Origin: an uncultured virus (IMG/VR IMGVR_UViG_3300029448_000002)
Taxonomy: Duplodnaviria > Heunggongvirae > Uroviricota > Caudoviricetes
Length of the DNA: 64,000 nucleotides
Direction: 5' to 3' (one strand)
IMG/VR virus record: IMGVR_UViG_3300029448_000002
Shown here: one piece after another, positions 8,814 to 20,700 of the stretch
Layout of the letters: the number at the start of each line of letters is the position of its first letter
Position numbering within the stretch: the stretch's first letter is position 1
Program-made: the position numbers and the translations under genes
Notes under the pieces: generated by a model
Database searches by the model: none
What the model was told of the DNA's origin: nothing
The model's input: the letters and a program-made list of their open reading frames with translations, nothing else

Positions 8814-10324
8814 TAAAAGCCTCCTCCCATATCAGATTTCTCTGGGATCAATCCAAGTTCTCTTTCCTTGGAAATACTCTTGTCCATTATCTTAATTTCT
8901 TCATCAGTTTGACGAAGAATGTTTCTTCTTACCCACTCCCTTGAGTAGTAATCACCGATGTGGTCATTGATCTCTCTCAGAACATCAAGACGTTCTTTCA
9001 ACACTTCGTACTCTTTGCTTTCTGTAAAGTAAGAGTCGGAGACATAATCAAAACGAACATCCTGAACAATCTTGTACCAGTCCTTGTCAGACATCACATT
9101 CTTCAACAAGCACTGAACACGAAGTGCGTTCATAAAGAGCATATTGAATTTGTATCTCAAGCGATCAATAAACTTTTGAAAATTCAATTCATCTCTTGTA
9201 ATTTCAGATGCTCGACCCATATTGAAACCACTGTCGGCTTCAAGACGAGACATTGGAATGTTGAGAGATTTGTAAAGTTTCTTTTCAAAATACAAAACGT
9301 CTTCCATTTCACCCAAGTTCTGTCCACCATCGAGAGTAGAGACTTCTGTGCCTTTACCACCCTCACGACGAGGAAACCAATAGTCCTCAAGCATATTCAT
9401 AAATTTACGGTCATCACGAATCTCGCCAGTGTTGGCATCGTATACAAGTTTGTTACGATAACGATTCATCAAACCTTTGACATACTGCTCTGCTTTATTC
9501 TTAGGAAGCGAACCAACGTCAACATAAAAGATTCTTCGTTCCGGCGCACGCGAAAGACGATAGATCACGGTTGCATCCTCAACCATCCGAAGTTGATTCA
9601 AAGGTTTGATTGCTTTTTGCAAGTATGAAATCGCACGCTGTCGAGAGGCATCGTAAAGACCAGATGGGTAGTAGCAAATTGCTTCTGGTGCGATTTCAAT
9701 AGCAGAGGCATCTGCGGGCTTCTCACGATAGATGAAAACCTCTTTGACACTCTTAATTTTTTTCACACCAGTTTTCTTATCGGTTTCTTTATCAACCTTG
9801 GCAATCTTCTTAATTTTTGCTGCGTCAATAGGACGCATTTCAATAATACCTTTCTTGTTGTTTGCAGGATCAAATATCATATGATAATAACCCTTTCCAT
9901 CGATATACCATCTTCGGAAAATTTCATATCCTTTGTTATTGAAATCCAAAAGTCGAAGAATATAATTAAATTCTATATTCATTTTTGCTTTGACATCATC
10001 TGAAATTTTTACGTTATCAAGATTCAAAGCGACAGGAAATCTTTGCTCTCCTGTAATGATAGATTCGTTACAAATATCTTCGACTGCTTGTTCAATCTCA
10101 GGCTGCATCGCCATCTCACGATACTTCGTAATGTATTGTGTTTCACCACGAAGAGATCCATCAAGGTCAATACCCACACCGTAATACCCACCGGCTTCGA
10201 CGGGCGTTGCATCATCAATATCAGGCAGAACAAATGAGGCAGCCTTCTTCTCGATTGGGGTGTTTCGAGAAGCCGCTTCTTTTTTCGTTCTGCCTACTGA
10301 AAGACCAAAAAGTTCAACAGGCAT
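8813..10324 (-). CDS. gp20: Portal protein gp20
   Basis: NQLRMVEDATVIYRLSRAPERRIFYVDVG, MLEDYWFPRREGGKGTE. Confidence 0.99.
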   Translation of the reverse strand: MPVELFGLSVGRTKKEAASRNTPIEKKAASFVLPDIDDATPVEAGGYYGVGIDLDGSLRGETQYITKYREMAMQPEIEQAVEDICNESIITGEQRFPVALNLDNVKISDDVKAKMNIEFNYILRLLDFNNKGYEIFRRWYIDGKGYYHMIFDPANNKKGIIEMRPIDAAKIKKIAKVDKETDKKTGVKKIKSVKEVFIYREKPADASAIEIAPEAICYYPSGLYDASRQRAISYLQKAIKPLNQLRMVEDATVIYRLSRAPERRIFYVDVGSLPKNKAEQYVKGLMNRYRNKLVYDANTGEIRDDRKFMNMLEDYWFPRREGGKGTEVSTLDGGQNLGEMEDVLYFEKKLYKSLNIPMSRLEADSGFNMGRASEITRDELNFQKFIDRLRYKFNMLFMNALRVQCLLKNVMSDKDWYKIVQDVRFDYVSDSYFTESKEYEVLKERLDVLREINDHIGDYYSREWVRRNILRQTDEEIKIMDKSISKERELGLIPEKSDMGGGF

Positions 10325-10333
10325 AATTCATCC

Positions 10334-10891
10334 TTATAAAGCAGAAGTTCTATTTCCGGGTGCGCCGTAGCCCACATTCACATCAGAAGTAATAAAGTAA
10401 GAGTAACCAAGTGTTACGGTAAACGAGGCAAGATCCTCATTCGCAGCCTCCACAGTAATTTCTGAAATACTTTTGGGAAAGCAGTATTTGAAGGTGTAAG
10501 ATTTAATTGGATCGCCAGATCGGTCTAACTGGTCAACCGACCAGTCTGGGAAATCAGTTGCATTGTTCAATGCGATTTCACGATCAGGAGTATTGCTCTC
10601 TGCACCATTCAGGTCTTCAAGCCATTGCTCAAACTTACTACGAAGTCTCATATCTTTATCAGAAAGAATGGTAATAGACCAATCTTCAAAAGTACGAGAT
10701 GTAGGAAGTTTGATATTTCTTCCACGATAAGGTGCAGTCACCTCACCGATGTTTGATGCGGGAAGTGCTGCTGCCGTCACCAAGAACGAAGTTGCTGCAT
10801 CATTACCGCTCGCACCAATTCTACCACCCACGCGGAAAAGCGAAGGTCTTACGCCGCCACCAATTTTATCTTTAAAGTCGTCAATTCTCAT
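10334..10891 (-). CDS. gp19: Tail tube protein gp19
   Basis: GGVRPSLFRV, PYRGRNIK, RTFEDWSITI, VDQLDR. Confidence 0.93.
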   Translation of the reverse strand: MRIDDFKDKIGGGVRPSLFRVGGRIGASGNDAATSFLVTAAALPASNIGEVTAPYRGRNIKLPTSRTFEDWSITILSDKDMRLRSKFEQWLEDLNGAESNTPDREIALNNATDFPDWSVDQLDRSGDPIKSYTFKYCFPKSISEITVEAANEDLASFTVTLGYSYFITSDVNVGYGAPGNRTSAL

Positions 10892-10910
10892 TAGAGATTC
10901 TCCTTACTTG

Positions 10911-10916
10911 TATTTA
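10911..10916 (-). promoter_or_regulatory. Late promoter box TAAATA for gp19
   Basis: GATAAATA overlapping the gp18 stop, then AAGGAG RBS. Confidence 0.6.
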
Positions 10917-12953
10917 TCTTCCCCCACCCAAGTTGGTCAACTCTTCAAAGTCAACACCAGTTCTGGTGGCTACAAAGTTAAGGGTGATAAAGTTGATGGA
11001 TCTTGTGGGTTGCACAAAGATGTCTGCGACAAAAGCGTTTCTATCGATTACATCAGGTGTATTATTTGTTTCATCACACACGACTCGGAAGTCCGTGATT
11101 CCACGACGGGACTGAACATCGAGAAGGAATGGCTCAATCAAGTTTTTGAACTGCGCTCGTGTAAATCTGTCATTCAATTCAAACAGGCTAAACTTGGCAG
11201 CAGTCGAGATGGCTTTCTCAAGAACAATGAACAATCTACGAACATTGATTCTATCGAATGCACTTGGTTTCTTAAGCAAAGTCTTGTCTCCAAAGAGAAC
11301 TGTGCCTTGTCCGGGGAATGAAACCACTGGGTTGATACCATTTTGATAAAGTGTATCGCGTGAAGTTTTATCAGGATTGAAGGCGAGCGAAACAACGTTG
11401 TTCAATTGTCCTCTGTTAAAGCCAGCAGGCGAGAACCAAGTTTCACTTGTCACATCTGCTCTCGCAGCGACACCAGCGATGTCACCGTTCAACGGAACAT
11501 AACGGAAGACATCGTTGAATCTATCGTACTGATACTTGTACCCAGAATCCAAGAAGGCAAACGAAGAGGACACGTTCAAGTTGTTTGTTGCAGTGTCGGT
11601 CAGGTCGCCGCCTTGTGAAAGAGCATCATTACCATTTCGGTATGCCACGATGTTTGCAGTTGCGACATAATTTTTCTTTGGTGTATCTGTCGAATCAAGA
11701 ACTGCATCTTTAGGTGGAGAAAGGAATGCAATGCAATCTTTTCTGTTATTAGCAAGAGTGACAAGTTGTTTTGCCTTATCACCCTCGGCAGGACCACCAA
11801 GAATCAGAGAAATATCAGAAGTTTCTGAATCTTCAAATTTATCATATCCGTCAGTGAAGAAATCAAGACCACTTGGAACTGAACCTGTACCACCTCTGAG
11901 AGAAAGGTATTGGTTGCTGACCAAAGCACCGAAGGTCACACCAGAAGAGTATGCTCTATCGGGCAAGCCTGTGCCAACAACGTCGGCTGCTTGGAATTGA
12001 TATCCTGTGTAGATGTATTCTGATCTATCACGAATAATGTTTTTCCAGTATTGAGATGAGCCATCGTCACGTTTGGCGTTGGTTGCCACGGAAATGTCAT
12101 CGAATGTTTCAAGAATCGTTCCGCGTGTTCCCGACCAGTATCCGTCTTCGTCTACAACAACGACAGAGATCAAGTCATTCACACCAGTGACGTTCGTTCC
12201 GCTGTCTTCCACGAATGCAGATTGAGCAGGTGTAACCGTGCTGACATTAGGACTAAAGAACCAATCGACACTACCAGAGGTAATTCCTGTTGACTGTGAG
12301 AGAATACCGGGCGAAGCAATACCAACGGTCGTTCCACCTCCACCAGCACTAACAGAAGTGATTGGATATCTTACTCCACCAATCTTCACAACATCAGAAT
12401 AATCAGATCCCGAAACAAGGGTAAAATTAGTATCGTGTTGAATGTGGAAAGATGTGTCACCCTCAGAAAGACCAGAGGTAATTCCAAAGGTAATGCTGCT
12501 TCTGTTAGAAACCGAAACGAGCAATGAGTTGCCCAATTCACTTCCCGAACCTGTTGAAGTACCTGCGTCACCACCGGCATACTTGGCAACAAAGTGACTG
12601 CTTTCCCAATCACTTGCTGTCGTTGTGGATTTGCTGTTATAGTCATTGATGTTTTTGATCAAGACAGCAGTTTCGTCGGCAGCGTTAAGACCACCGGAAA
12701 CCACTCGAACAAGATTCAAGGATGAAGCATAGGTAAGATAGTTTGCTGCGGTGAACCAATAATCTTTATTTGCAGTGGTAGGACCGCCAAACTTTTCTCT
12801 TAAGTCATCGACTGATGTAACGACAACAGTTTGATCAATTGGTCCCCAATCAAAGAAACCAGCGAAACCTGCGTTTGTTGTGGAAACGGCAGGAACAATA
12901 TTTGTGAGGTCAACTTCTTTGACTTCAACACCGGGGCTGACTTGGAATGCCAT
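10914..12953 (-). CDS. gp18: Tail sheath protein gp18
   Basis: SPGVEVKEVDLT, WFSPAGFNRG, SAFDRINVRRLF. Confidence 0.98.
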   Translation of the reverse strand: MAFQVSPGVEVKEVDLTNIVPAVSTTNAGFAGFFDWGPIDQTVVVTSVDDLREKFGGPTTANKDYWFTAANYLTYASSLNLVRVVSGGLNAADETAVLIKNINDYNSKSTTTASDWESSHFVAKYAGGDAGTSTGSGSELGNSLLVSVSNRSSITFGITSGLSEGDTSFHIQHDTNFTLVSGSDYSDVVKIGGVRYPITSVSAGGGGTTVGIASPGILSQSTGITSGSVDWFFSPNVSTVTPAQSAFVEDSGTNVTGVNDLISVVVVDEDGYWSGTRGTILETFDDISVATNAKRDDGSSQYWKNIIRDRSEYIYTGYQFQAADVVGTGLPDRAYSSGVTFGALVSNQYLSLRGGTGSVPSGLDFFTDGYDKFEDSETSDISLILGGPAEGDKAKQLVTLANNRKDCIAFLSPPKDAVLDSTDTPKKNYVATANIVAYRNGNDALSQGGDLTDTATNNLNVSSSFAFLDSGYKYQYDRFNDVFRYVPLNGDIAGVAARADVTSETWFSPAGFNRGQLNNVVSLAFNPDKTSRDTLYQNGINPVVSFPGQGTVLFGDKTLLKKPSAFDRINVRRLFIVLEKAISTAAKFSLFELNDRFTRAQFKNLIEPFLLDVQSRRGITDFRVVCDETNNTPDVIDRNAFVADIFVQPTRSINFITLNFVATRTGVDFEELTNLGGGR

Positions 12954-12977
12954 AAACGATTCTCCTTTTGGTCTTAT

Positions 12978-12983
12978 TATTTA
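12978..12983 (-). promoter_or_regulatory. Late promoter box TAAATA for gp18
   Basis: GCTAAATA intergenic, upstream of AAGGAG RBS. Confidence 0.6.
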
Positions 12984-12995
12984 GCGAAATACTGA

Positions 12996-14639
12996 TTACA
13001 AAGAGAACCTATCATCATCTGAAATATCCCACACGGTTCCGTCATCTTCAACAATCGTGCCATCTGGTCCCGTATCGATGAAACCAAACGGCATCAAATC
13101 CTCTTCCATCTTCTCTATCTTTTCTTTATAGAGTTGTTCACGAATATTTATGTCCGTCATATCTTTGAAGTAATTTTGTGTTGCCGCCCACGCAAAAAGA
13201 ACAAGAGTGATCACCAAATCATCATTGTGACCAACTTCGGCTTCGTACGATCCTTTTTTCGATATGAAAGATGAAAGTTCTTGAATAATCTCAAAATCTT
13301 CGATGACCAAACGATCCTGCTCAATCATCTCCTTGAGCATTGTGCAGCCGACTTTCTTTACCTTTGGACTCATACGCACGCCTTGTTGAGTTTGATAATT
13401 ACCAAAGCCACCGTCCATCACCTGTCCCTTTCGCCCACGAACAGAGGTGACAAGCAAATTTTCATATTCAAATTCATTGTGCAAAATATCAACAATCTCC
13501 TGTCCGAGATCATTTACTTCGGTCAGAATGTAGGCATCGTTGTATCGCTTGCCCATCGCATAAATTAAGTTTGGCAAAAGGTACGGCGAAAGTTGATTAT
13601 TTTTATATTGGGCTACGACTTTGTAGGGAGTCGCAGTCACATCAACAATCGTCACTGCGTGATAATCTAAATCTTGTCCGCGTGAAACATCGACACCCAT
13701 AAAATATAAGTGTTCCGGTTCAGGCTCATAGTAGACCTTCAAGCCGTCCTCACGCTCTTGCTTCGGACGAGTGTAGTGAAGCGATTTCAACTTTGAAGGG
13801 GCTATGAGCGTGTTTACGGAGCCAAGGAAGTCACATTCAAACTCCTGTCGAAACTGCTGGGGAGATGTATTCCGAATCGTTTGTTTTTTCCAATTTGCGT
13901 CACGACCCGGAACGTCCGACCAGTGGACTTCAATCGGAGTGTACGAGTTTTGACCATCTTCGGCATCCTTCCAAAGTTTGTAAAACATATTTAAACCTTT
14001 GGGAGTGCTGACGATCAGAACTTTTGTGCTTTGACCCGCCGAGATCGTAGGATACACAGAGTTGAAAAACTCATCTGCCACGTTCTCAGGAACGAATGCA
14101 AATTCATCCATAAACAATAAGTTAAATGAACCACCCCGAACGGCAGAGGATGATGTGGAAGATGCAAGAATCTTTGATCCATTTTCCAAAACAATAGATC
14201 CTTTATTCCATTCCACGACACCCTGCTGAAGCCATTTTGGCAGATGCTCATAGGCTAACTTCAGACGACCCAGAAGTTCACGGGCAGTTGACAGTTTGTT
14301 TGCTAGAATTGCAACATTTTTATCAGGATTGAACAAAATGTAGTGAAGCAAATATGAAATAACTGTCGTGGATTTTCCCGACTGTCGAGGCATCTTGCAA
14401 ATGACAAAGCGATCTTTGTGAACTGCATTGAGAATGTTTTCTTGAAAATCATAAGGTTTGAATTGTACCAAACCCTCATCAAGAGAAACAATCTTGATAT
14501 AATTTTTGATAAAATACATCGGATCAGATACACACAGGGCGTATTCTTGGATCTGTTCTTTTGTATATTCTGTCTCTACACCGGCTGCCTTGATATTGGC
14601 GTTGCCAAGGTATGCCTTGTTATCCAGTTTCTTTGTCAT
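12996..14639 (-). CDS. gp17: Terminase large subunit gp17
   Basis: PRQSGKST, FMDEFAF, STPKGLN, QEFEC, HNDDLV; uninterrupted. Confidence 0.98.
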   Translation of the reverse strand: MTKKLDNKAYLGNANIKAAGVETEYTKEQIQEYALCVSDPMYFIKNYIKIVSLDEGLVQFKPYDFQENILNAVHKDRFVICKMPRQSGKSTTVISYLLHYILFNPDKNVAILANKLSTARELLGRLKLAYEHLPKWLQQGVVEWNKGSIVLENGSKILASSTSSSAVRGGSFNLLFMDEFAFVPENVADEFFNSVYPTISAGQSTKVLIVSTPKGLNMFYKLWKDAEDGQNSYTPIEVHWSDVPGRDANWKKQTIRNTSPQQFRQEFECDFLGSVNTLIAPSKLKSLHYTRPKQEREDGLKVYYEPEPEHLYFMGVDVSRGQDLDYHAVTIVDVTATPYKVVAQYKNNQLSPYLLPNLIYAMGKRYNDAYILTEVNDLGQEIVDILHNEFEYENLLVTSVRGRKGQVMDGGFGNYQTQQGVRMSPKVKKVGCTMLKEMIEQDRLVIEDFEIIQELSSFISKKGSYEAEVGHNDDLVITLVLFAWAATQNYFKDMTDINIREQLYKEKIEKMEEDLMPFGFIDTGPDGTIVEDDGTVWDISDDDRFSL

Positions 14640-15132
14640 TATTTTTAACTTTTTTCACTTTCTTTTCTGGAAGTTGTTGTCGAACAAGGTCTTGGAGTTC
14701 TTTCGTAGAACCCACGAAGAATGCGTTGTTGGTCACATTCCTTACCTGCTCATCTTCCTCTAAGGATTTCATTTGTTTATGAATATCAAGTAGGTCTTTG
14801 TTGGCTTCGGTTGCCGTCTTGAGAAGTTGGCTGACCACCTCATATGCTCTTGGGCTGTCGCTCTCTGAGGCTACTTTGAGAATACCGTCGATTGCATTCT
14901 TGCTGTAGTCAATTACTTCTTTAATGTTTTCGCGGACCTCGCCGAAGTCTTTACGCTGTTCAATCTTTTTTCGTTCAGGAAACTTTGAAAGATCAATTTC
15001 AACTTTTTTACGCATTCCTGTTTCCAGATCCGCTGCCGTGTCGGAATCTTCAACATTTGGTGTCGTTTTGCGATCCTCAATTGGATCTATATTTAAAGCA
15101 TTTTCAAGCGGATTTTCTTCTTTTTTAGCCAT
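14620..15132 (-). CDS. gp16: Terminase small subunit gp16
   Basis: ESDSPRAYEVVSQL, NNAFFVGSTKELQ. Confidence 0.92.
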   Translation of the reverse strand: MAKKEENPLENALNIDPIEDRKTTPNVEDSDTAADLETGMRKKVEIDLSKFPERKKIEQRKDFGEVRENIKEVIDYSKNAIDGILKVASESDSPRAYEVVSQLLKTATEANKDLLDIHKQMKSLEEDEQVRNVTNNAFFVGSTKELQDLVRQQLPEKKVKKVKNNDKETG

Positions 15133-15952
15133 CTTGGGTTGCTCCTGTGATGCTCAGGGTTTCCGGAGCGAAGAAACTCGTCACGCCTGCGATAGCAGAA
15201 GGCGGCAGTGTATTCTCTCCGGATGGTCCGGTGATGGACGCAATTGACTTCACCCCAGCACCAGTAGGTCCGGTGACTCCACCAAATTCATCAAAGAATG
15301 ATGTGAGAGCATTCACTGTGGATTCTGTGATGTAGGTCTGCTGTTTGGTTGGTCCAAAGACATATGTGTATGCGGTAAAATCAAGATTAAAAATAATTGA
15401 ACGCTGCTCAGACGTATCACCAAGATAATCGATCTCAGGAGTCACAGAGTTCAAGACGAAAGGAACATCAACCTTTGCGTTGATGTCAGTAAAATTAAGT
15501 GTGACAGTAAACTCTGGAGTGAAGTATGCAGTAATCTGCTCAAGAATTTGCAAGGCATCATCCATTGTTCTCGTTGCCACTGCAAGGCTAAACCCAATTG
15601 TGTAAGGAACTTCTGCAAATTGAGTATCGTAAGTCTTTGCCGTGCTGCTTGTTTTGTATTTTTTGTAAACTGTATTTCGCTTTCTCGCAGAGTCGTAATT
15701 CATACTTGAAATCGAAAAGCCAAGACGAGGAAGAATATTTGCGATAGCCGCTGCGTTATCTGACTCCTTTGTATTTGGGAGTTCGTCAAGCATACGAATA
15801 AATTTTTCTTTTTGTGCGTATGTGATGGGAACCAAAAATCTTCTGTTGGTTGATCCATCACTGTTTCTACGAACAACAAAAATTTCATCAAACAATGCAC
15901 CGAAGGCAACCACGGTCTTGCGAATTGATTCATTGTAAAACTGAGTAAACAT
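15125..15952 (-). CDS. gp15: Tail sheath stabilizer / terminator gp15
   Basis: FYNESIRKTVVAFGALF, VPITYAQKEKF, LQILEQITAYFTP. Confidence 0.92.
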   Translation of the reverse strand: MFTQFYNESIRKTVVAFGALFDEIFVVRRNSDGSTNRRFLVPITYAQKEKFIRMLDELPNTKESDNAAAIANILPRLGFSISSMNYDSARKRNTVYKKYKTSSTAKTYDTQFAEVPYTIGFSLAVATRTMDDALQILEQITAYFTPEFTVTLNFTDINAKVDVPFVLNSVTPEIDYLGDTSEQRSIIFNLDFTAYTYVFGPTKQQTYITESTVNALTSFFDEFGGVTGPTGAGVKSIASITGPSGENTLPPSAIAGVTSFFAPETLSITGATQDG

Positions 15953-16824
15953 TAAATATCTCCCTCACTAAATGGATCTTGATCTGTAAAGTCAAAAATA
16001 TTGAAACTCTCTTGCATAAACTCGGTGTTGTCTTCGATGGTGTCCTTGGCAAAGTAGTCTGCCGTGTATCCAATCGTGCTGATAACTCTGTTTGCATTCG
16101 AGGACTGACCAATAATTCTCTCGCCGGTAAGGCTTCCAGTGACCAAGAAGGACTCCATAACATCCGTAGTCGAGCCTTGCCATACAACGACTTCCATCGT
16201 TGCTCCCGTGGTTCCTGCGAAAGTGATGATGTTCACAGTTTCACCCTCTTGGAATTCACCACTACCACCACTGAATTCTGTATAAACAAGTTGATTCATT
16301 GCATTGGATGTAACACCATCGATGGTGTCGAATCCAGTGTCGAGTTCCTCTCCAGAATACTTGTAAAGTGAACACTTAACTTGATAAGTAAATGTTTTGC
16401 CAAAATTAAAGAAGTTTTGTTCTCGCTCCACAAAGTTAACTTCAAAAATACCATCCATCAGTGGGAAGTAAATCAAGTCACCTTCTCTTGGATACTTAAT
16501 ATTTGTCTTGTCGGCAAAGACTTCTGAAAATCTTCTTTTAGAAAAAGTCAATGTCATTTCATCTTTAATGTCAAGACCAAATTGAGTCATTACTTCGCCT
16601 TCACCCTCAAAGCCATCATATGACTCGACGTACATTTCAAGTTCACGACCGTCCTCAAACTTTGGCAAACGATCCTCTCCAAACAATTCATCTTCATTCT
16701 GCAAACTACGAAGAGCATAGACCATATCAACACCGTGAATCTTGATGGATTCATCAACGATGTCTTGAACAAGTGTCTGCTCTTGTTTGTTTTTAAATTT
16801 ATTGAAGTAAGGATTCGTCGCCAT
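15952..16824 (-). CDS. gp14: Neck protein gp14
   Basis: NPYFN, ESIKIHG, PREGDLIYFP, FDFTDQDPFSE. Confidence 0.92.
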   Translation of the reverse strand: MATNPYFNKFKNKQEQTLVQDIVDESIKIHGVDMVYALRSLQNEDELFGEDRLPKFEDGRELEMYVESYDGFEGEGEVMTQFGLDIKDEMTLTFSKRRFSEVFADKTNIKYPREGDLIYFPLMDGIFEVNFVEREQNFFNFGKTFTYQVKCSLYKYSGEELDTGFDTIDGVTSNAMNQLVYTEFSGGSGEFQEGETVNIITFAGTTGATMEVVVWQGSTTDVMESFLVTGSLTGERIIGQSSNANRVISTIGYTADYFAKDTIEDNTEFMQESFNIFDFTDQDPFSEGDI

Positions 16825-16826
16825 AA

Positions 16827-17621
16827 TTACCCCGTAAAGAAATCAGGAGGAAGTTCATATTTGTCTTGTAAAGTCTCTTCAATATTTGACATTTCATTTT
16901 CTGCTGCACTGAACAACTGATCGCCGTTGAACTGCACGCCGCCGGGAAGATTGAGGTTTTGATATTTCATCAAATTCATTGCCCACTGCTTTTTAAATGA
17001 GGCAGTCACATACTTCTTAAGTAAAATGTCGTTGTAAATTTCCGTGTAAGTATCAGGGTCCAATGCAACATAGGCATCGATGACTATGAAATCACCCACG
17101 CTCACTGTTTCTGACCAGTTCATATCAAGATACAATCGATTTGTTACTCTACTAAATCTAATTTGTTTTTCTGGATCTAGGAAATCAGCCAAAAGTGAAA
17201 TATATGACTGGGTGATATAATAATTTGACATATCACCAGCACTTCTCAAGCCATACAGGTCTTGTAGAGCCATCTGATATCTGACACTGAACATATTTGA
17301 TCCAGCACCACCCTCATCGAATTGAAAAACTTTTGTTACCGAAACGATGCTTCGTGAATCTTCGGGCTGAATAGCGTCGTTTGGTCCTGTAAATCCAAAA
17401 GAATTCGTATCCAGATATCCGTTATCAATATCTGTCTGGGTGATTTCGTGTTTGTATAATGCTCTCTCAGCACCATCAAAATGATACTCATTGAACATTT
17501 GCAAAGCATCATCGATTGCGTCTTCTAATTGAGCATCGTCAACATTGATCTCGATTACTGGTGCGCCCAGTTTTCTTAGAGCATATTGTTTTAGTTCTTC
17601 TCTTGATGAAGGCGTGGACAT
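16827..17621 (-). CDS. gp13: Neck protein gp13
   Basis: LRKLGAPVIEINV, EYHFDG, LPGGVQFNG, YELPP. Confidence 0.95.
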   Translation of the reverse strand: MSTPSSREELKQYALRKLGAPVIEINVDDAQLEDAIDDALQMFNEYHFDGAERALYKHEITQTDIDNGYLDTNSFGFTGPNDAIQPEDSRSIVSVTKVFQFDEGGAGSNMFSVRYQMALQDLYGLRSAGDMSNYYITQSYISLLADFLDPEKQIRFSRVTNRLYLDMNWSETVSVGDFIVIDAYVALDPDTYTEIYNDILLKKYVTASFKKQWAMNLMKYQNLNLPGGVQFNGDQLFSAAENEMSNIEETLQDKYELPPDFFTG

Positions 17622-17644
17622 CTACTGCGCTCCTTTTCCTTTTA

Positions 17645-17650
17645 TATGTA
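17645..17650 (-). promoter_or_regulatory. Late promoter box variant TACATA for gp13
   Basis: AATACATA upstream of AAGGAG RBS. Confidence 0.55.
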
Positions 17651-17712
17651 TTAGAGCGGGGCTTCCTGCGTCTTTTCAGACTAGAGAAAGGATGCCTTTT
17701 CATTTAGAAGCG

Positions 17713-20700
17713 TCAGCCATTCGTGATTGTGCCATCAATTAAATTTCTAGGAACCATTGTTTCGACAGTTCTTGTTGCTCTTAAAATGTCAACTTCCGTG
17801 TCTCCTAAGTTTTGAACACACAGAATATATCTCTTGTCCAGTGTTGACATATTATCATATGCCTCAATGGTAATGTTTCTTTCCATTTCAGAGATTAATC
17901 GAGTATTCATACGATACGTTCTGAGATCAGCCTCCCAAGCATTTGGTGTTGTGTCAGAGGTCGAGCCAAAGCGAGCAACCTTGAAAACCAACGCTTGTTC
18001 GTTTGCACCAAGCACCGTTCCAGTCAAACCTAAAGCAACTTCATATGTAAACTTGACTGTGTTGCCTGCATTTGCTGAACGCACAACAAGAGCGTTGTTT
18101 GAATCCCCTACTCCGGTTGTGTATCCTGTTCCAACCAGACCGGGAAGAGTTAGACCTGTGTAGTCGCCATCAGCGTTTGAGATAACAGTGTAGCCATCGT
18201 TGTAGTTTCCTGAAACCCTGTTTGGGAAAGGAACACTAAAGAATGTGCCGTCAGTGATGTTAGGCTCTGTGCCACCGATGTATGAACCAGCAGCAGAAAT
18301 TCCAAGACCTCTGATATCACCGCTATACAATGAAATATCTGACAATTCGTGGACCAAGAATCCTCGATCTGTCTGATTACTTGTCGTTGATCCGTAGATA
18401 AGATACTTTGCTCTATTGTTGACCGAATCATATGTCAATTCAACGTCAACACCAGATCCAAGGATCTGCAACTCGGCAACTGTATTTCCAGAAGTAATTG
18501 ATGTGTTTGCATCTCTAAATGTAGTAACAGATCCGGTCGCTCCTGCCGGACCAGTTGCTCCTGTTGCACCAGTCGCACCATCCGAACCAGAAGAACCAGT
18601 TGCACCACGATCACCAACAGAACCGGCAGCACCTTGTGAACCCCTCTTGGCAAAGGTCACAAATGCGTCTTTTGCCGTTGTCAGAGAACCACTGGAAGAA
18701 ATTGTATCAAAATCAATTCTGTAATAAGTTCCCCTATCATCAAGAGGCTCTGAAATTTTTCCGGTGAAGAAAATTGGTGTGTCTGCGTCTGGACAAGTGA
18801 CCAAAATGGTGTCGCCTTCTTCAAGAATACCGCTCGTAAACAGGGAGGTGACGGTTGTTCCGTCCTTGTCAACTTCACTAATTCTAATGAATTTTCTTCC
18901 AGCAACATCACTAGGACTAATCACCAATTCGCCTGTGCCGGGAGTAACATTTGTATTTGCAGTAAACTTCTTAAGAGAATATCTAAATCCTGCGTTTCCT
19001 GTCGCTCCGGTTGCACCGACTGATCCAGTAGCACCTGTCGATCCGTCATTACCAGTTGCTCCAGTTCCACCAGCACCAGCGATATGATAAACATAAACTT
19101 CATCACCTGTTGTTCCAAATCTTGTTCCGGTTGATCTGGAAGTGCTTCCGGTAAATGTATAAGTTGTGCTTGTGTTTGTGATTCCCGTAACTTCGAGAGA
19201 TGAGTGAGCAGAACCGGCAAGACCTTGAATGTAAAGTCTATCTTTTTGATTGTTTTCAATTGCATCAAAGTAGGTGTCTAAATTTTGCCCATCATCACTG
19301 GTCACACTCAATACAATTGTGTGAACAGAACCCGCTGCGGTGTCATTCAGTCTACCAGCACTTACTCCGGGGTTGCCGCCAACTTTGTATGCAAATCCGG
19401 CAGCATTACCAGTTGAGCCTTGAATACCAGTGGATCCAGTAGCACCAGTTGGTCCGGCTACACCTGCGGAACCAGCAGCACCAGCAGGTCCAGTTGCTCC
19501 AGTCGCACCCACGGCTCCAGTCGCACCCACGGCTCCGGTTGCACCTGTTGTGCCATCACCCGCACGAACATAATTGAAGAATACGTTCGCACCATTGGCA
19601 AAGGTTCCACCCTCAGTTGTGGCTCCGCCACTAAAGGTAAACACGTTAGCAGCCGATGTAATTCCTGTGACTTTTAGCGAGAAAAGACCACTGGTTCCTT
19701 GAAGGAAGATCAAGTCTCCACCATTCGATGTGCTTACTTGCCCAAGGAAATTTGAAATATCAACACCGTACGAGTTGGTGTCGTGAATTTTGATTTGTGT
19801 ACCAGTGTATGTCAATTGACCCGATGATGGTGTGCCAGATGTATCGAAAGAGTAAAGAATACCACCCATACCAGTCGCACCAGTAGCACCTGTGGCTCCT
19901 GTTGCACCAGTCGCTCCTGTGGCTCCCGTTGGTCCAGTTGCACCTGTCGCACCGACAGAACCAGTGGCTCCAGCAGGACCAGTAGATCCTGTCCCACCCG
20001 TGGCTCCAGCGACACCAGAGCCAGTGCCAGTCACTTCAAAAGTAAGATTGAGGGTCGCTCCACTTGCATCATAGGAACTTGAGATAGTAATGCCGGGTCC
20101 AGAAGTTGCAAAGTTGATAGTTCCAAAAGATGCTCCAGAATTTGTAACTTTTGAACCATCAACTTTAATATTTTCAATAACGTCTTGGGTGCTTACAGCA
20201 TCAGCACCCGAACCAATAATTTTAATTCTTTCGTAAGTTAAGTCATCATTCGGGTCAAGGAATTGACCACCTGATGCAATGGCGATACCCCCCTCACCGA
20301 CAAACTGAAATCCCTCCAGAGTTCGACCCGTATCATCACCGGCTCCAGTTTTAACTCTCATTTCAGAGTTAATAGTGATTCCGGCTGTGCCTCCAGTGAA
20401 AGAACTTTGAAGAATAATATTTTTACCGGGATTCAATTGAAGTGCTGTTGCAAGTGTGCTTCCATTAATTTTTGAGGAATTGACAACAACACCACTCAAA
20501 CCATTTTCAAGGTCTTTCCATCCAGCCGAACCACCAAAGGATGTAAGAACTTGACTGTCTCTACCAAGTGTGCCACCTACAAAAAGTTTACCACTTGCTA
20601 CGTTGAAGGAACCAAAGGTATCACCACTGCTTGATGTTTGTTCACCGCCAATTACAACCACACCATCTTGTTTCACAAAGAATGATGTTTTTGTCCCGAA

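Noticed and set aside
17539..17703. 54-aa very basic - strand ORF (MKRHPFSSLKRRRKPRS...)
   Set aside because: No RBS; runs across the gp13 late box and RBS and overlaps gp13 out of frame.
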